From: an uncultured Muribaculaceae bacterium
Lineage (GTDB): Bacteria > Bacillota_I > Bacilli_A > RF39 > UBA660
DNA length: 62,564 nucleotides
NCBI GenBank assembly: GCA_964349455.1
Contig: CAYGGG010000001.1
Coordinates: 1 to 62,564 of the forward strand
Direction of reading: 5' to 3'
Of this stretch, positions 38,414 through 47,883 are shown piece after piece (within the stretch, counting starts at the first letter, position 1; the number at the start of each line of letters is the position of its first letter). The translations under genes and the position numbers were made by a program. The notes below the pieces were generated by a model. It made no database searches. It saw nothing but the letters and a program-made list of their open reading frames with translations, and was not told the DNA's origin.

Positions 38414-39818
38414 ATTCCCTAATTTCAATATCCCACTCAGTTCCACACCTTGTGTCTTTTAACAAAATTCCTCTTTCCAAAAGTTGATTACGCACCCTAT
38501 CAGCACTTCCATAATCACCTTGTTTTTTCAGTTCATCTCGATTTAAAATATATTTTTCAATTTCATCAACCGAGATATTATATTTCATTAAATACTTATT
38601 CTTAATTTCAGAAATCACTTTAACAGGTTTTTCTTGAAACAATCCCAAAACTCGATAAACTTGAATAACACTATTTTTATACTCACCTAATAATTTTTCG
38701 TCACTAATTTTTTCCATTTCACTAAAATATTCAAACAAATTAGCAAAAACAACCGCCGTATTAAAATCATTATCCATCGCATCTCTAAACTCCCGATCAA
38801 TTCTCGCAAATATTTCACTATCTTTAAACTCAATCAATTCAATATCTAAAAACATTTTATAAAACCGATAAATTTTACTTTCATTCAAAGAAAACATTCC
38901 ATCAACCAAATTTAAACTAGAACGATAATTATTTTGTAACAAAGTCATTTTAATCACATCCGGATGATATTCGGAAAGTAAATCAGCAAGTAAAATTGTA
39001 TTGCCAATTGATTTACTCATCTTTTGACCGTTAATCAAAACTAATCCATTATGCAACCAATACTTAGCAAACTGCTTGCCCGTTAAAGCTTCCGTTTGAG
39101 CGATTTCATTTTCATGATGAGGAAAAAGCAAATCCTCCCCACCGCCATGAATATCAATTGTTTCACCCAAATATTTCATGCTCATCGCCGAACACTCAAT
39201 ATGCCATCCTGGTCGCCCCCTGCCCCAAGGTGATTCCCAAAAAATTTCATTTTCTTTTGCACCCTTCCACAAAGCAAAATCACGATCATCTCTTTTACCT
39301 GGTTCAACATCTTTACGAACGCCAACAATACTATCATCAAGCGTTCGATTAGAAAATTTTCCATAATCTTTAAACGACCCGACCTTAAAATAAACGTCCC
39401 CATCTTCCGTCGCGTAAGCATAATCTTTCGCAATTAAAGCATCAATAAAATCAACCATGTCATCAATGCACTCAGTCGCCTTGGCTTGAATTGTTGGTTC
39501 ATCAACGCCCAACATTTTAAACTCTAAATCCGTTTTTTCAATCATTTTTTTCGCAAAAACGCTTGGATCTTCACCTAATTGATTAGCTTTTGCAATAATT
39601 TTATCATCAATATCAGTATAATTACGAACATAAATTACCTTATATCCAATATATTCTAAATAATTTCGAATCATATCAAAAACAACCGCTTGATAAGCAT
39701 GACCAATATGGGCATTATCAGAAACAGTAATCCCACAAGCATACATCTTAACAATTCCTTTTTCCAAAGAAGAAAACTCTTCTTTTTTTCTTGTCATAAC
39801 ATTATAAACTTTTAACAT
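38412..39818 (-). CDS. cysS: cysteine--tRNA ligase
   Basis: NAHIGHAY (HIGH) and KMSKSIGN (KMSKS), with the WHIECSAM zinc-site region. Overlaps the tyrS stop by 7 nt. Confidence 0.95.
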   Translation of the reverse strand: MLKVYNVMTRKKEEFSSLEKGIVKMYACGITVSDNAHIGHAYQAVVFDMIRNYLEYIGYKVIYVRNYTDIDDKIIAKANQLGEDPSVFAKKMIEKTDLEFKMLGVDEPTIQAKATECIDDMVDFIDALIAKDYAYATEDGDVYFKVGSFKDYGKFSNRTLDDSIVGVRKDVEPGKRDDRDFALWKGAKENEIFWESPWGRGRPGWHIECSAMSMKYLGETIDIHGGGEDLLFPHHENEIAQTEALTGKQFAKYWLHNGLVLINGQKMSKSIGNTILLADLLSEYHPDVIKMTLLQNNYRSSLNLVDGMFSLNESKIYRFYKMFLDIELIEFKDSEIFARIDREFRDAMDNDFNTAVVFANLFEYFSEMEKISDEKLLGEYKNSVIQVYRVLGLFQEKPVKVISEIKNKYLMKYNISVDEIEKYILNRDELKKQGDYGSADRVRNQLLERGILLKDTRCGTEWDIEIRE

Positions 39819-41032
39819 ACAACCACCTTTAAAAATATTTTCTTCCCGCGCTGAACAATCACATCATTACATAATTCGATTTCATCATCAACACTCAAAA
39901 CAACTTCCTTATTAATCTTAATTCCCTTTTGCTCAATCAATCTTTTTGCCTCTGACTTTGAACTAACTATTTCAGTTAAAACAAGAAAATCTAAAACATT
40001 CATCTTCAAACAAGAAACCTTTAACTTGAAGGTGGGCATATTTGAACAAGTTTCGCCCTTAGCAAATAACTTTTCACAAGTTTCACGAACCTTTAACGCT
40101 TCCGCTTCACCATGAACTAATTTAGTCACCTCAAAAGCCATTATTTTTTTGGCCTCAACAATATCATCATCACAAATTTTCTTAATCCAATCCATTTCAT
40201 AATCACCAAAGAAAGCCATTAACCTTTCGACATCCTCATCATAAGAATTAATAAACATTTGATAAAAATCATAAACCGTTGTTTTTTCACGCGAAACCCA
40301 TAAAGTACCACTTTCCGTTTTACCCATCTTCTCGCCATCAGCCTTAACTAACAACGGACAAGTTAAACCAAATATTTTTTCAACGTCCTTACCCTCTAAA
40401 TTATCTAATTTTCTTCCCAAATCAACCCCAGCGACAATATTACCCCACTGATCAGAACCGCCAACTTGTAATACACAATTATGCTCACGATTTAAATAAA
40501 CAAAATCATAAGCTTGCATCAACATATAGCCCATCTCTAAAAAAGTTAACCCACCTTCTTTTAACCGTTTTTTATAACAATCAGCTGCAAGCATTTTATT
40601 AACATTAAAATGAACGCCAATCTTTCTTAAAAAGCCGATATAAGACTCACCATTAATCCAATCAGCATTATCTAAGATAATCGCCCTATTAGACCCTTCA
40701 ACATCAACAAACCGCTCAATTAGACCCCGGACTTCTTTTTTATTATGATCAATTTCTTTTTCAGATAACATATCACGCATTTTTGCTTTACCACTCGGAT
40801 CACCAACCATCGCTGTTGCTCCACCAATCACAATAATCGCTTTATGGCCCATTTTTTGTAACCGACGTACAATTGTCAAGGCAAAAAAATGACCAATATG
40901 CAAACTATCCGCCGTTGGATCAATTCCAAAGTAAAAAGTAATTTTTTGATTATTCAATAAATCCTTTACCTTTTCCTCATTAGTAATTTGGTAAACATAT
41001 CCTCTTTCCTTTAAAACATCAAACGCTTTCAT
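39812..41032 (-). CDS. tyrS: tyrosine--tRNA ligase
   Basis: DSLHIGH (HIGH), KMGKTE (KMSKS) and a C-terminal S4 domain. The start at MKAFDVL (41032) is preceded by AAAGGAG. The track's longer N-terminus would run into the T-box terminator. Confidence 0.95.
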   Translation of the reverse strand: MKAFDVLKERGYVYQITNEEKVKDLLNNQKITFYFGIDPTADSLHIGHFFALTIVRRLQKMGHKAIIVIGGATAMVGDPSGKAKMRDMLSEKEIDHNKKEVRGLIERFVDVEGSNRAIILDNADWINGESYIGFLRKIGVHFNVNKMLAADCYKKRLKEGGLTFLEMGYMLMQAYDFVYLNREHNCVLQVGGSDQWGNIVAGVDLGRKLDNLEGKDVEKIFGLTCPLLVKADGEKMGKTESGTLWVSREKTTVYDFYQMFINSYDEDVERLMAFFGDYEMDWIKKICDDDIVEAKKIMAFEVTKLVHGEAEALKVRETCEKLFAKGETCSNMPTFKLKVSCLKMNVLDFLVLTEIVSSKSEAKRLIEQKGIKINKEVVLSVDDEIELCNDVIVQRGKKIFLKVVVC

Positions 41033-41246
41033 AATATCTCCTTTCAAAAAAAACGACAAATCAATCACTTAAGAACGAATTGTCGCGGTACCACCTTAAT
41101 TCATAGTAAACTATGCACTTATTACTATAACGCATTACCGATTAAACTCATAAATGGTAACTTCAATTTTATTTATTATCAATTCACACCAGCCATTGAT
41201 TCTCTTTGCAAAAAATAAAATTTACTTCATTTAATCACTGCTTAAT
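41033..41246 (-). promoter_or_regulatory. T-box riboswitch leader upstream of tyrS-cysS (probable UAC Tyr specifier)
   Basis: Promoter TTGACA (41276-41281), 17-nt spacer, TAATAT (41253-41258). Base helix GAUUAAA/UUUAAUC with a K-turn, and an AGAGA box. Candidate specifier UAC at 41157-41159, with an uncertain register. T-box AAUUAAGGUGGUACCGCG. Terminator gcgacaa...ttgtcg plus U8. Confidence 0.85.
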
Positions 41247-41339
41247 ACCAATATATTAGCACCCCTAAAAAGCAATGTCAAGTTTGACTTGTTTTTTTTC
41301 AAAATTATGCTATACTATTTAAATCTTTAGGAGGAGAAA

Positions 41340-41810
41340 ATGATTGAAAAAGAAGAATTAGAATTACAAATAAAAGCAATCGAACAAGAATTGAAATCAA
41401 ATGCAAGTGAGTATTATCGTTTACAAAAAAATCCAAAAGTCGAAAGATATCTCGAACTTGACAGAATAATTAGTGACCTTTCAACCAAAAAACATCATCT
41501 TCGCATCGCTCAGCAACAACTAAAATACGAGGAATGCACCCACCCTTTATGGTATTTCTTAAAATCAAGCCACGATTTTACCAAAGGAGATATTAATTGG
41601 ACTTGCCAATGCCTAAATTGTGGGCAAGTTCAAACAGACAAAAATTACTTTTTCTGGAATAAAGTAATTCTGCAAAGCATTTTGTTGGGGCATGGACGAA
41701 AAAGTCAACACTCTTATAACACTGTCGCAAAAGCATATCAAGAAGCAAGTAGAGATGAACCCATAAAACAGGTAAACAAAAAATTAGTCAAACAATACAG
41801 TGCAAAATAA
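41340..41810 (+). CDS. hypothetical coiled-coil plus Cys/His zinc-ribbon-like protein (paralog A)
   Basis: AGGAGG RBS. Motif C-x-H-P-LWY...W-T-C-x-C-L-x-C-G is shared with the convergent neighbour. Confidence 0.6.
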   Translation: MIEKEELELQIKAIEQELKSNASEYYRLQKNPKVERYLELDRIISDLSTKKHHLRIAQQQLKYEECTHPLWYFLKSSHDFTKGDINWTCQCLNCGQVQTDKNYFFWNKVILQSILLGHGRKSQHSYNTVAKAYQEASRDEPIKQVNKKLVKQYSAK

Positions 41811-41835
41811 AACAGAAAAGATTTTCTGTTTTTAT
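41809..41835. terminator. bidirectional rho-independent terminator
   Basis: acagaaa-agat-tttctgt flanked by A and T runs. Confidence 0.7.
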
Positions 41836-42446
41836 TTTCCCATAAATTTTCTTTTCAACAATTTAGTAACAGGCTTTTTACTATAAACCAAGCAATCATC
41901 TTCTAGAATCAAATTATCGCTTACTTTCTGATCATAAATTCCCTTTCGCTTATCAAAATAACGTTCATACTTATCCAGCAAAAGACGGTAAGCATATCTC
42001 ACTTCATTATAAGTATAATCACTTTGTTTTAACCTTCCAAAAATTCCACCACCGTGAATAACTGTTCCTGAAAAATTACGGCTACGGTCTTCTTTTTTAT
42101 ATCCACAATCCAAGCAACAACAAGTCCAATATAACCTTCCTTCATAATCATCATTTTCTGAATATATTAAATACCACAATTCATGATCACAACTATCAAT
42201 CATCTTTTTTTGATATTCTTCCTCTATTTTTTTATGTAAAGCCCCATATTTTTCTTCCCGCTTTTTAATCCCAATATACCGCTTCACCCTCTCATCTTCT
42301 AACAAATCAGCTTGTTCCTTTCTAATTAAACTCAAATCACCACCCACCTTTGCCAATAAATCAAGCAATTCTTTTTCCTTTAAATCTTCAACCACTACTT
42401 TCTCATCGCCAACTATTTCTTTCAACAAATTTCCATAATAACTCAT
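41832..42446 (-). CDS. hypothetical coiled-coil plus Cys/His zinc-ribbon-like protein (paralog B)
   Basis: SCDHELWYLIY...LYWTCCCLDCGYKK...RNF...YTYNEV..AY parallels paralog A. Confidence 0.6.
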   Translation of the reverse strand: MSYYGNLLKEIVGDEKVVVEDLKEKELLDLLAKVGGDLSLIRKEQADLLEDERVKRYIGIKKREEKYGALHKKIEEEYQKKMIDSCDHELWYLIYSENDDYEGRLYWTCCCLDCGYKKEDRSRNFSGTVIHGGGIFGRLKQSDYTYNEVRYAYRLLLDKYERYFDKRKGIYDQKVSDNLILEDDCLVYSKKPVTKLLKRKFMGK

Positions 42447-42469
42447 ATTTTCCTCCTAAAACATTCTAA

Positions 42470-43618
42470 TCAATTCTTAAAAGCTGGTTCTATTTTCATA
42501 TCAACAATCCAATTCATAAAAATTTGATACCCTTCTTTATAAGTTCCATCTTCCCTAATCAAACCTGTCATATATCTTGGATTAAAACTAGCCTCATGAA
42601 TGTTACACATATAATTGAAACCGATAATTCTTTCATTCTCAGAAAAAAAGTCTAACAAATCTTCCAACACCATTGCTTGCCACTTCTCAGAATAACCTCC
42701 TGGCGGTGTATTTCTTGAATATATACTTTTCTCTACTTCAGTCATATCCTTCACTGGTTCACTTAATATCCAAAATTCCCAAACATAAACATCCAAATCT
42801 AGCGCTGTTATCATATTAATAAACTGTTTTGTATAATTAATGTCATAATGAGTATGACCACCAGGTTGAATTTCAATTCCAACAGCCGTAAAAGGCGTTT
42901 TCTTTTTTTGTAATTCCTCTAAAAAGGTAATCGTATCCGGCACCCTATCCATTTTTATCATATCATAACCACCACCAGGATAATAAACATCTTCACTAAA
43001 AGCATAAACAGGGATTATGTCAACTACCACAATCGCATCTGGCATCTCTTCCTTAATAATTCTAATCGCACTATCATAATAATCAATAATATTGTCCTTT
43101 GTAAAACCTAAATTATCGATTCCTTTTAAATTAAATTCATCACCAAACTCACACATTTCAAAAACCACACCCTGGTCCTTAAATAATCTTAAATATCGGC
43201 GTAACGTATTCATTTCAGCCTCTAAATAATGATCAAACGACTTTGGAATATCACCATTAATTGTTGCGGTATATCGCAATATGATCTTCATCCAAGGTCT
43301 TGAACCATCATTTCTAATCCCTTGCGCCCATTCAATATTACCGTATTCTAGAATTTCTTGATCACTTAAATTATGCTTTATTTCATAATCTAGCATCATA
43401 AATGGAGTCTCTAACACAATACTATTTTGATAAAACGCGTTTTTTTCATTATCACCATTAGCTGTCAAAAAGAATTCTTTAACTTCTTCTGGTTGCTTTT
43501 GCTCATTAACCTTTGGTTTTTCAACCTTTTTATCTTCTACCTCTCCCTTATAAAACAAAACAAATCCCACAAAAATCAAACAAACAAGAAAAAAAATTAA
43601 CAGTTTATATTTTTTCAT
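42470..43618 (-). CDS. exported or membrane-anchored protein, possibly a TIM-barrel glycoside-hydrolase-like enzyme
   Basis: N-terminal signal anchor MKKYKLLIFFLVCLIF. Alternating beta/alpha-like pattern with conserved acidic residues (FEMCEFGDE, GIEIQPGG, VWEFW). The family is not identified. Confidence 0.35.
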   Translation of the reverse strand: MKKYKLLIFFLVCLIFVGFVLFYKGEVEDKKVEKPKVNEQKQPEEVKEFFLTANGDNEKNAFYQNSIVLETPFMMLDYEIKHNLSDQEILEYGNIEWAQGIRNDGSRPWMKIILRYTATINGDIPKSFDHYLEAEMNTLRRYLRLFKDQGVVFEMCEFGDEFNLKGIDNLGFTKDNIIDYYDSAIRIIKEEMPDAIVVVDIIPVYAFSEDVYYPGGGYDMIKMDRVPDTITFLEELQKKKTPFTAVGIEIQPGGHTHYDINYTKQFINMITALDLDVYVWEFWILSEPVKDMTEVEKSIYSRNTPPGGYSEKWQAMVLEDLLDFFSENERIIGFNYMCNIHEASFNPRYMTGLIREDGTYKEGYQIFMNWIVDMKIEPAFKN

Positions 43619-43734
43619 TATCTCACCACTTAAATTATAACACATTACTAAAATCACAACAATTATAAAAAAACAAAAATAAAATTGATTTTTTTAAAAA
43701 AAAATGTATAATTAAATTAGAAAGAAGGTGTATT

Positions 43735-44577
43735 ATGATTAAAACATTATTTGCTGGCTATAACAAATTCATTATTATTGGTCTCATGTTGTTGGCTGGT
43801 GGTGGGACTTATTTCTTTTTCAACCAAAAAGAAGAAACAAAAAAAGAAAAACCAGAAGTAGAAGAAAAAGAAGACACTAAAGAGGAAGAGGAGGAAGAGG
43901 AAATAACATATCCTATTGAACTATCATTAACAACAAAACAACGAATGGATTTAATTAAATTTTTACTAGAAAATGATGTTTATGCATTGCCATATTACGA
44001 AAATACAAACGAAATTGACACAAGTGTCATTGCTCACAAATTCATTAATTGGGATACAAATCCTGCCTTAACCGAAGCACAAATCACTTATATTGTTGAT
44101 AATTATGAAGAAATGGATGATTACGCAATTCATTACCTTGAAAAATACATTCCCTATCAAGAAGTTGGTAATTACATAAAAAGCTTAACTGGTAACACTG
44201 ATGCAGCAAAAGATTCATCGTTTTGTATGGTTTATATCGAAGAATATGACTTTTATGTTCATATTGGTGGTCACGGTTGGCGAGGTGGCAGCGTTGAATA
44301 CTTATCATTTGGTGATGAAGGCGGGTCTACCCATTTATTCTATGTCGAAAAAATTACCCAAATCAATGCCGAACAATATGTATTTGAAATATCACAATAT
44401 AGATTAAAACCAGAACACGAAACACTTGATACTAAAACATTATTAGAAAAATTCATTTTGGGCGAATACAATGCTTTTCAAGCAAAAATCGAAATGGAAA
44501 CCAATTCCTATTATTTAATGAAAAAAGATGGCGACCAATGGCAATTTATTTCTCATTCAGAAACTTCGCCTTTATAA
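43735..44577 (+). CDS. hypothetical membrane-anchored protein with an acidic linker
   Basis: TM helix, an E/K-rich linker, then a globular domain. Terminator downstream. Confidence 0.5.
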   Translation: MIKTLFAGYNKFIIIGLMLLAGGGTYFFFNQKEETKKEKPEVEEKEDTKEEEEEEEITYPIELSLTTKQRMDLIKFLLENDVYALPYYENTNEIDTSVIAHKFINWDTNPALTEAQITYIVDNYEEMDDYAIHYLEKYIPYQEVGNYIKSLTGNTDAAKDSSFCMVYIEEYDFYVHIGGHGWRGGSVEYLSFGDEGGSTHLFYVEKITQINAEQYVFEISQYRLKPEHETLDTKTLLEKFILGEYNAFQAKIEMETNSYYLMKKDGDQWQFISHSETSPL

Positions 44578-44580
44578 CAA

Positions 44581-44603
44581 AAAACTCCTCAAGGAGTTTT
44601 TTT
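44581..44603. terminator. bidirectional rho-independent terminator
   Basis: aactcc-tcaa-ggagtt plus a T-run. Confidence 0.65.
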
Positions 44604-45143
44604 ATTACAAATTTTTTCATATTCTTTAATCAAGCCCAACCAACCCTGATGAAGTCCCGCCAACTTCTCTTTTTCCTTTGGGAAAAAAGATAAATCACAA
44701 AAATCACGTTCCATTTTTTGATAAACTTTCAAAAAATCTTTTGTCTCACAAGCCATATCAAAATATGTCCATCTTGTTAAATGACTTGCAGCATCAGCAA
44801 AAGCAACTATCTTTGCCTCTTCTGTTACTGGCATTACATCATCACACCGATGAGCCCGGACACAATGCAAAACCTCACTTATCTTCGCATATTTTTCTTT
44901 TAATAAAAACTCTTTAGCTATTTTTTCACTTACAACCGCATGATTAATTTCCCTTTCAAAATAATGCCCGATATCATGTAATCAGACACTAACCAAAACA
45001 ACCTCCCGATCAACTGCTAGATTCAATTCAATCAGTTTTAAGGCCCACTTCTCCATCTCTAGCACATGTTTATCTAAATAATATCGGTCATCTTTTTTAA
45101 AAGAAAAAAATAAGTCTTTCGCCTTATCAACAATATCAATCAT
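44589..45143 (-). pseudogene. HD-domain phosphohydrolase (YpgQ/YedJ-like) interrupted by a single in-frame TGA at 44982-44984
   Basis: One continuous frame runs from the ATG at 45143 (ATGA overlap with the upstream stop) to 44589: ...DKHVLEMEKW...VVLVSV*LHDIGHY...EAKIVAFADAASHL. The only interruption is a TGA immediately before the LHD of the HD motif. Confidence 0.7.
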
Positions 45144-45754
45144 CTTCGACGACACTTATTTTCTAACACAAAATTGCCCATTGCTTCATTTAAACCAATA
45201 ATAGTCGGTTTAGATGAAACAAAAACATTTTCATCTAACACATTAGCACCAAATACCGTTGGCATAAAACCATTATAGAAAACATTAACTCCCAAATTCT
45301 TCAATCGCTCTTCACCATGTTCATGAACCGGATAATTATCATCCGCATACCCTGTCCAAATCACCTCCACATTCTCTTTTTTTAATTGTTTGATATGATT
45401 AGCCAATTGCACTAACCGATCCCCACTTTTTACTTCCTCAATTTGAAATTCATTATAATTACCTTCAAACTTTAACTCGCCATCACTCATAAATACTTTA
45501 GACAACTCCAAATTCAAACCATTTTCGCTTGCTTGTACAAAAAGCAAATCAAGCAATTCTCTAACCTTCTCAAATTGACCAATTCGATACGAAGTAGAAA
45601 AACTAATCATAACTTTTGAAGCATCATAAATCTCTTTAATCTGATTTAACTTCTCAACGAAAAATTCAATTTCTTTTTTATACTCAGTTCCAGACAAAAT
45701 TGGTGATATTGTCATCGTATTATTAATATCTGAAAAAAATAATATTGCTTTCAT
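45140..45754 (-). CDS. hypothetical protein (204 aa)
   Basis: ORF in a tight operon. The N-terminus ILFFSDINNTM is weakly HAD-like, but the second Asp is missing. Confidence 0.45.
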   Translation of the reverse strand: MKAILFFSDINNTMTISPILSGTEYKKEIEFFVEKLNQIKEIYDASKVMISFSTSYRIGQFEKVRELLDLLFVQASENGLNLELSKVFMSDGELKFEGNYNEFQIEEVKSGDRLVQLANHIKQLKKENVEVIWTGYADDNYPVHEHGEERLKNLGVNVFYNGFMPTVFGANVLDENVFVSSKPTIIGLNEAMGNFVLENKCRRR

Positions 45755-45762
45755 AAAACCTC

Positions 45763-46209
45763 CTAAATAACATAATCATTTCCAATTTGTTTTTTTAACA
45801 AATCAATTACAATTTGATGATTAAAACCATTGCAATAATCCTTTAAAACATAAACATTATATCCCTTTTCAAACAAATCCAAAGCTGTCTTATAAACGCA
45901 AGCATCAGTTTCAAAACCACACAAATATATTTCATCAATTTGATTATCAGCAATAAATTTAAGCAACTCTTCGGTCACCATTGAATATTGACAACGCTTA
46001 ATTACCAAATCAGCATTTGCACCCAAATCAATCAACTTTGAATCAAACGCATCTAAATAATTTAATTTCTTAACAAAAGGAGAATCACCATGATTAACAA
46101 ACTGACCAAAAACAACTTTATCATAATTCTTTAAAATTGTTTTTATTTTTTCAACTATCTTTAAATCAGCAAACTCTTCTTGAACATCAATTACAATCAA
46201 TAATTTCAT
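45763..46209 (-). CDS. isochorismatase-family cysteine hydrolase
   Basis: LLIVIDVQEEF ... IYLCGFETDACV (catalytic Cys context). Confidence 0.75.
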   Translation of the reverse strand: MKLLIVIDVQEEFADLKIVEKIKTILKNYDKVVFGQFVNHGDSPFVKKLNYLDAFDSKLIDLGANADLVIKRCQYSMVTEELLKFIADNQIDEIYLCGFETDACVYKTALDLFEKGYNVYVLKDYCNGFNHQIVIDLLKKQIGNDYVI

Positions 46210-46211
46210 CG

Positions 46212-46703
46212 TTATTTCTCCAAAAAAGATAACATTTTATTTAAATTTTTTTCATCAACATGATCAGCACCATCAACAAATCCCTTTAAACTTTCTTGAT
46301 CTTCAATCGACATTTTCGCCAAATTTTCTGGTTTTAACATAAACTTCATCATTGTATTTATCATCAATCGATAAAACCCTTTTAAACCATCCATATCAAA
46401 AGCTCCTCTCAACATAAATAAATTACTAGCATCATTTTTAACAATTAATTGTGCTTCTTTTTCAACTGTTTCATTATCTAAACCAACGGCCCCAATCGCT
46501 TTTAATTTAAATCTTTTTTTGGCTTTTCCTAAATCCTTCACCATCCCACCTAAAACCCAACCCAAGTAAATTACTTCACTATCTTTTTTTAGTTCACGAT
46601 AAGCCTCGCTTAAAGAAAAAACTGAAAGATTTACCTTCTTCCCTAACATTTCCGCATATCGTTTGGTACTTCCCCCTCTTGACGTATAAACAATTGCATT
46701 CAT
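46212..46703 (-). CDS. flavodoxin-like domain protein
   Basis: MNAIVYTSRGGSTKRYAEML N-terminus typical of flavodoxin-fold proteins. The ATG at 46703 forms an ATGA overlap with the upstream stop. Confidence 0.5.
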   Translation of the reverse strand: MNAIVYTSRGGSTKRYAEMLGKKVNLSVFSLSEAYRELKKDSEVIYLGWVLGGMVKDLGKAKKRFKLKAIGAVGLDNETVEKEAQLIVKNDASNLFMLRGAFDMDGLKGFYRLMINTMMKFMLKPENLAKMSIEDQESLKGFVDGADHVDEKNLNKMLSFLEK

Positions 46704-47170
46704 TCTTGCGGCCTCCATAACTTATCTTCAAAATTTTTCACAAAATACCTTTGACCCTTTTGAATAACCTCATGGCCTTCGTCTTCTAATTTCATTTTTT
46801 GTTCTTCAATTCCGCCAGGATATTTAATATTTAACTCACCATCTTTTTTTAAAGTTCGCCAAAAAGGCGTATCATCACCTAACTCATTAACAACTCTTTC
46901 ATGAGCAGCATTAGCAACCATATTAACAAAAATCCCCGCTGTCAACTGACAAGTAAAATCAGCACCATGCTTTCTTGCAAGATTGTTTCTAATTTCTGGC
47001 ACCGTTAACAACTTCCCTTTAGGAACTTCTTTCATAATTTGATCAAACTCAATTGGTGGTGCAATTAACATTTTGCCACTACCAAATCTCTTTGCCATCT
47101 TTTCATCATGCCCAACATCAATGATTTTGGGCAGGTCACAAGGTTGATGCATTTTTTCATTTATTTTCAT
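46700..47170 (-). CDS. MGMT-family DNA-binding-domain protein lacking the PCHR acceptor cysteine (Atl-like)
   Basis: VPKGKLLTVPEIRNNLARKHG...TPFWRTLKKDGEL resembles the O6-alkylguanine transferase DNA-binding fold without the active-site Cys. Confidence 0.45.
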   Translation of the reverse strand: MKINEKMHQPCDLPKIIDVGHDEKMAKRFGSGKMLIAPPIEFDQIMKEVPKGKLLTVPEIRNNLARKHGADFTCQLTAGIFVNMVANAAHERVVNELGDDTPFWRTLKKDGELNIKYPGGIEEQKMKLEDEGHEVIQKGQRYFVKNFEDKLWRPQE

Positions 47171-47178
47171 TTTTCCTC

Positions 47179-47847
47179 CTAATCTTTTCTTTTTGCTAAA
47201 ACTTTATCTCTTCTTTTTTGTTGTACCTTTGCAATAAAAATGTCCATCATTTCATCTTCATAATCTTGATAACCACTTTCACCTAACTCAATTATCTTAG
47301 CGAAGCAATCACAATAAAACCTCGCCAATTCTGGATCACGACTATGACTTCTTCTAAGAAAAAAATCCAATTTAGCCAATCCAATCGTTGCCTTCCCAAA
47401 ACTTAACGAATAACCGTGGTCCTCCACCTTCATCAACTCTAACCTCGGTACCCATTCACAATTTGGTTCCTCAGAAAAATAATTAATTTCTTCACAATTA
47501 CTATATAAATACCGATGCTGCGCTTCATGATTTGTCCGATTATCATTTCCTATTTTCGTTGATCTATTCTGAATTATATGCTCCCTACCCTTATCAAATA
47601 ATTCCCCAAAAATTTCTGCCAACTCAGAATCAGTTTGCTTAATAACATCAAGTGATTTAACAAACCAAGTACTACCTCCACCTCTTAACAAATCATATAA
47701 ACGCGTATCAAACTCAACCCTATAACAACCCATTTCACCGTATCTTGGTTGCCAATCAAAAACAAGATCCTCCTCAATATTAACCTTCACTAATCCTTCA
47801 AGATCAAAAATCGAAGCCCCCTCTTTCGTTCTTAATACCTTTAACAT
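47179..47847 (-). CDS. hypothetical protein (222 aa)
   Basis: ORF 36 nt downstream of hydA with no intervening terminator. No motif recognised. Confidence 0.45.
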   Translation of the reverse strand: MLKVLRTKEGASIFDLEGLVKVNIEEDLVFDWQPRYGEMGCYRVEFDTRLYDLLRGGGSTWFVKSLDVIKQTDSELAEIFGELFDKGREHIIQNRSTKIGNDNRTNHEAQHRYLYSNCEEINYFSEEPNCEWVPRLELMKVEDHGYSLSFGKATIGLAKLDFFLRRSHSRDPELARFYCDCFAKIIELGESGYQDYEDEMMDIFIAKVQQKRRDKVLAKRKD

Positions 47848-47883
47848 CCTATCATCTCCTTGGTTAAATATTATAACATAACC

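Noticed and set aside
41151-41165. Alternative specifier registers in the tyrS T-box (GUU Val directly after GAA, or ACC Thr followed by A).
   Set aside because: Using the same helix architecture that places UGG in the trpS leader, a 7-nt specifier-loop 3' side gives UAC, which matches the downstream tyrS. This still needs covariance-model confirmation and is therefore flagged in the findings.
43861-43903. A GAA/GAG-rich stretch (poly-Glu/Lys coding) as a possible tandem repeat.
   Set aside because: It is a low-complexity acidic linker inside a CDS, with no defined repeat unit.
44982-44984. The in-frame TGA in the HD gene as evidence for genetic code 4 (TGA = Trp) or selenocysteine.
   Set aside because: Long Trp-rich genes such as valS are intact with TGG only. 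TGA serves as the terminal stop of neighbouring genes (45140, 46700, 13726). Downstream of the TGA I find only a 6-bp CAUGAU/AUCAUG stem with a 28-nt loop, which is not a convincing bacterial SECIS. A nonsense mutation or a sequencing error is more parsimonious.
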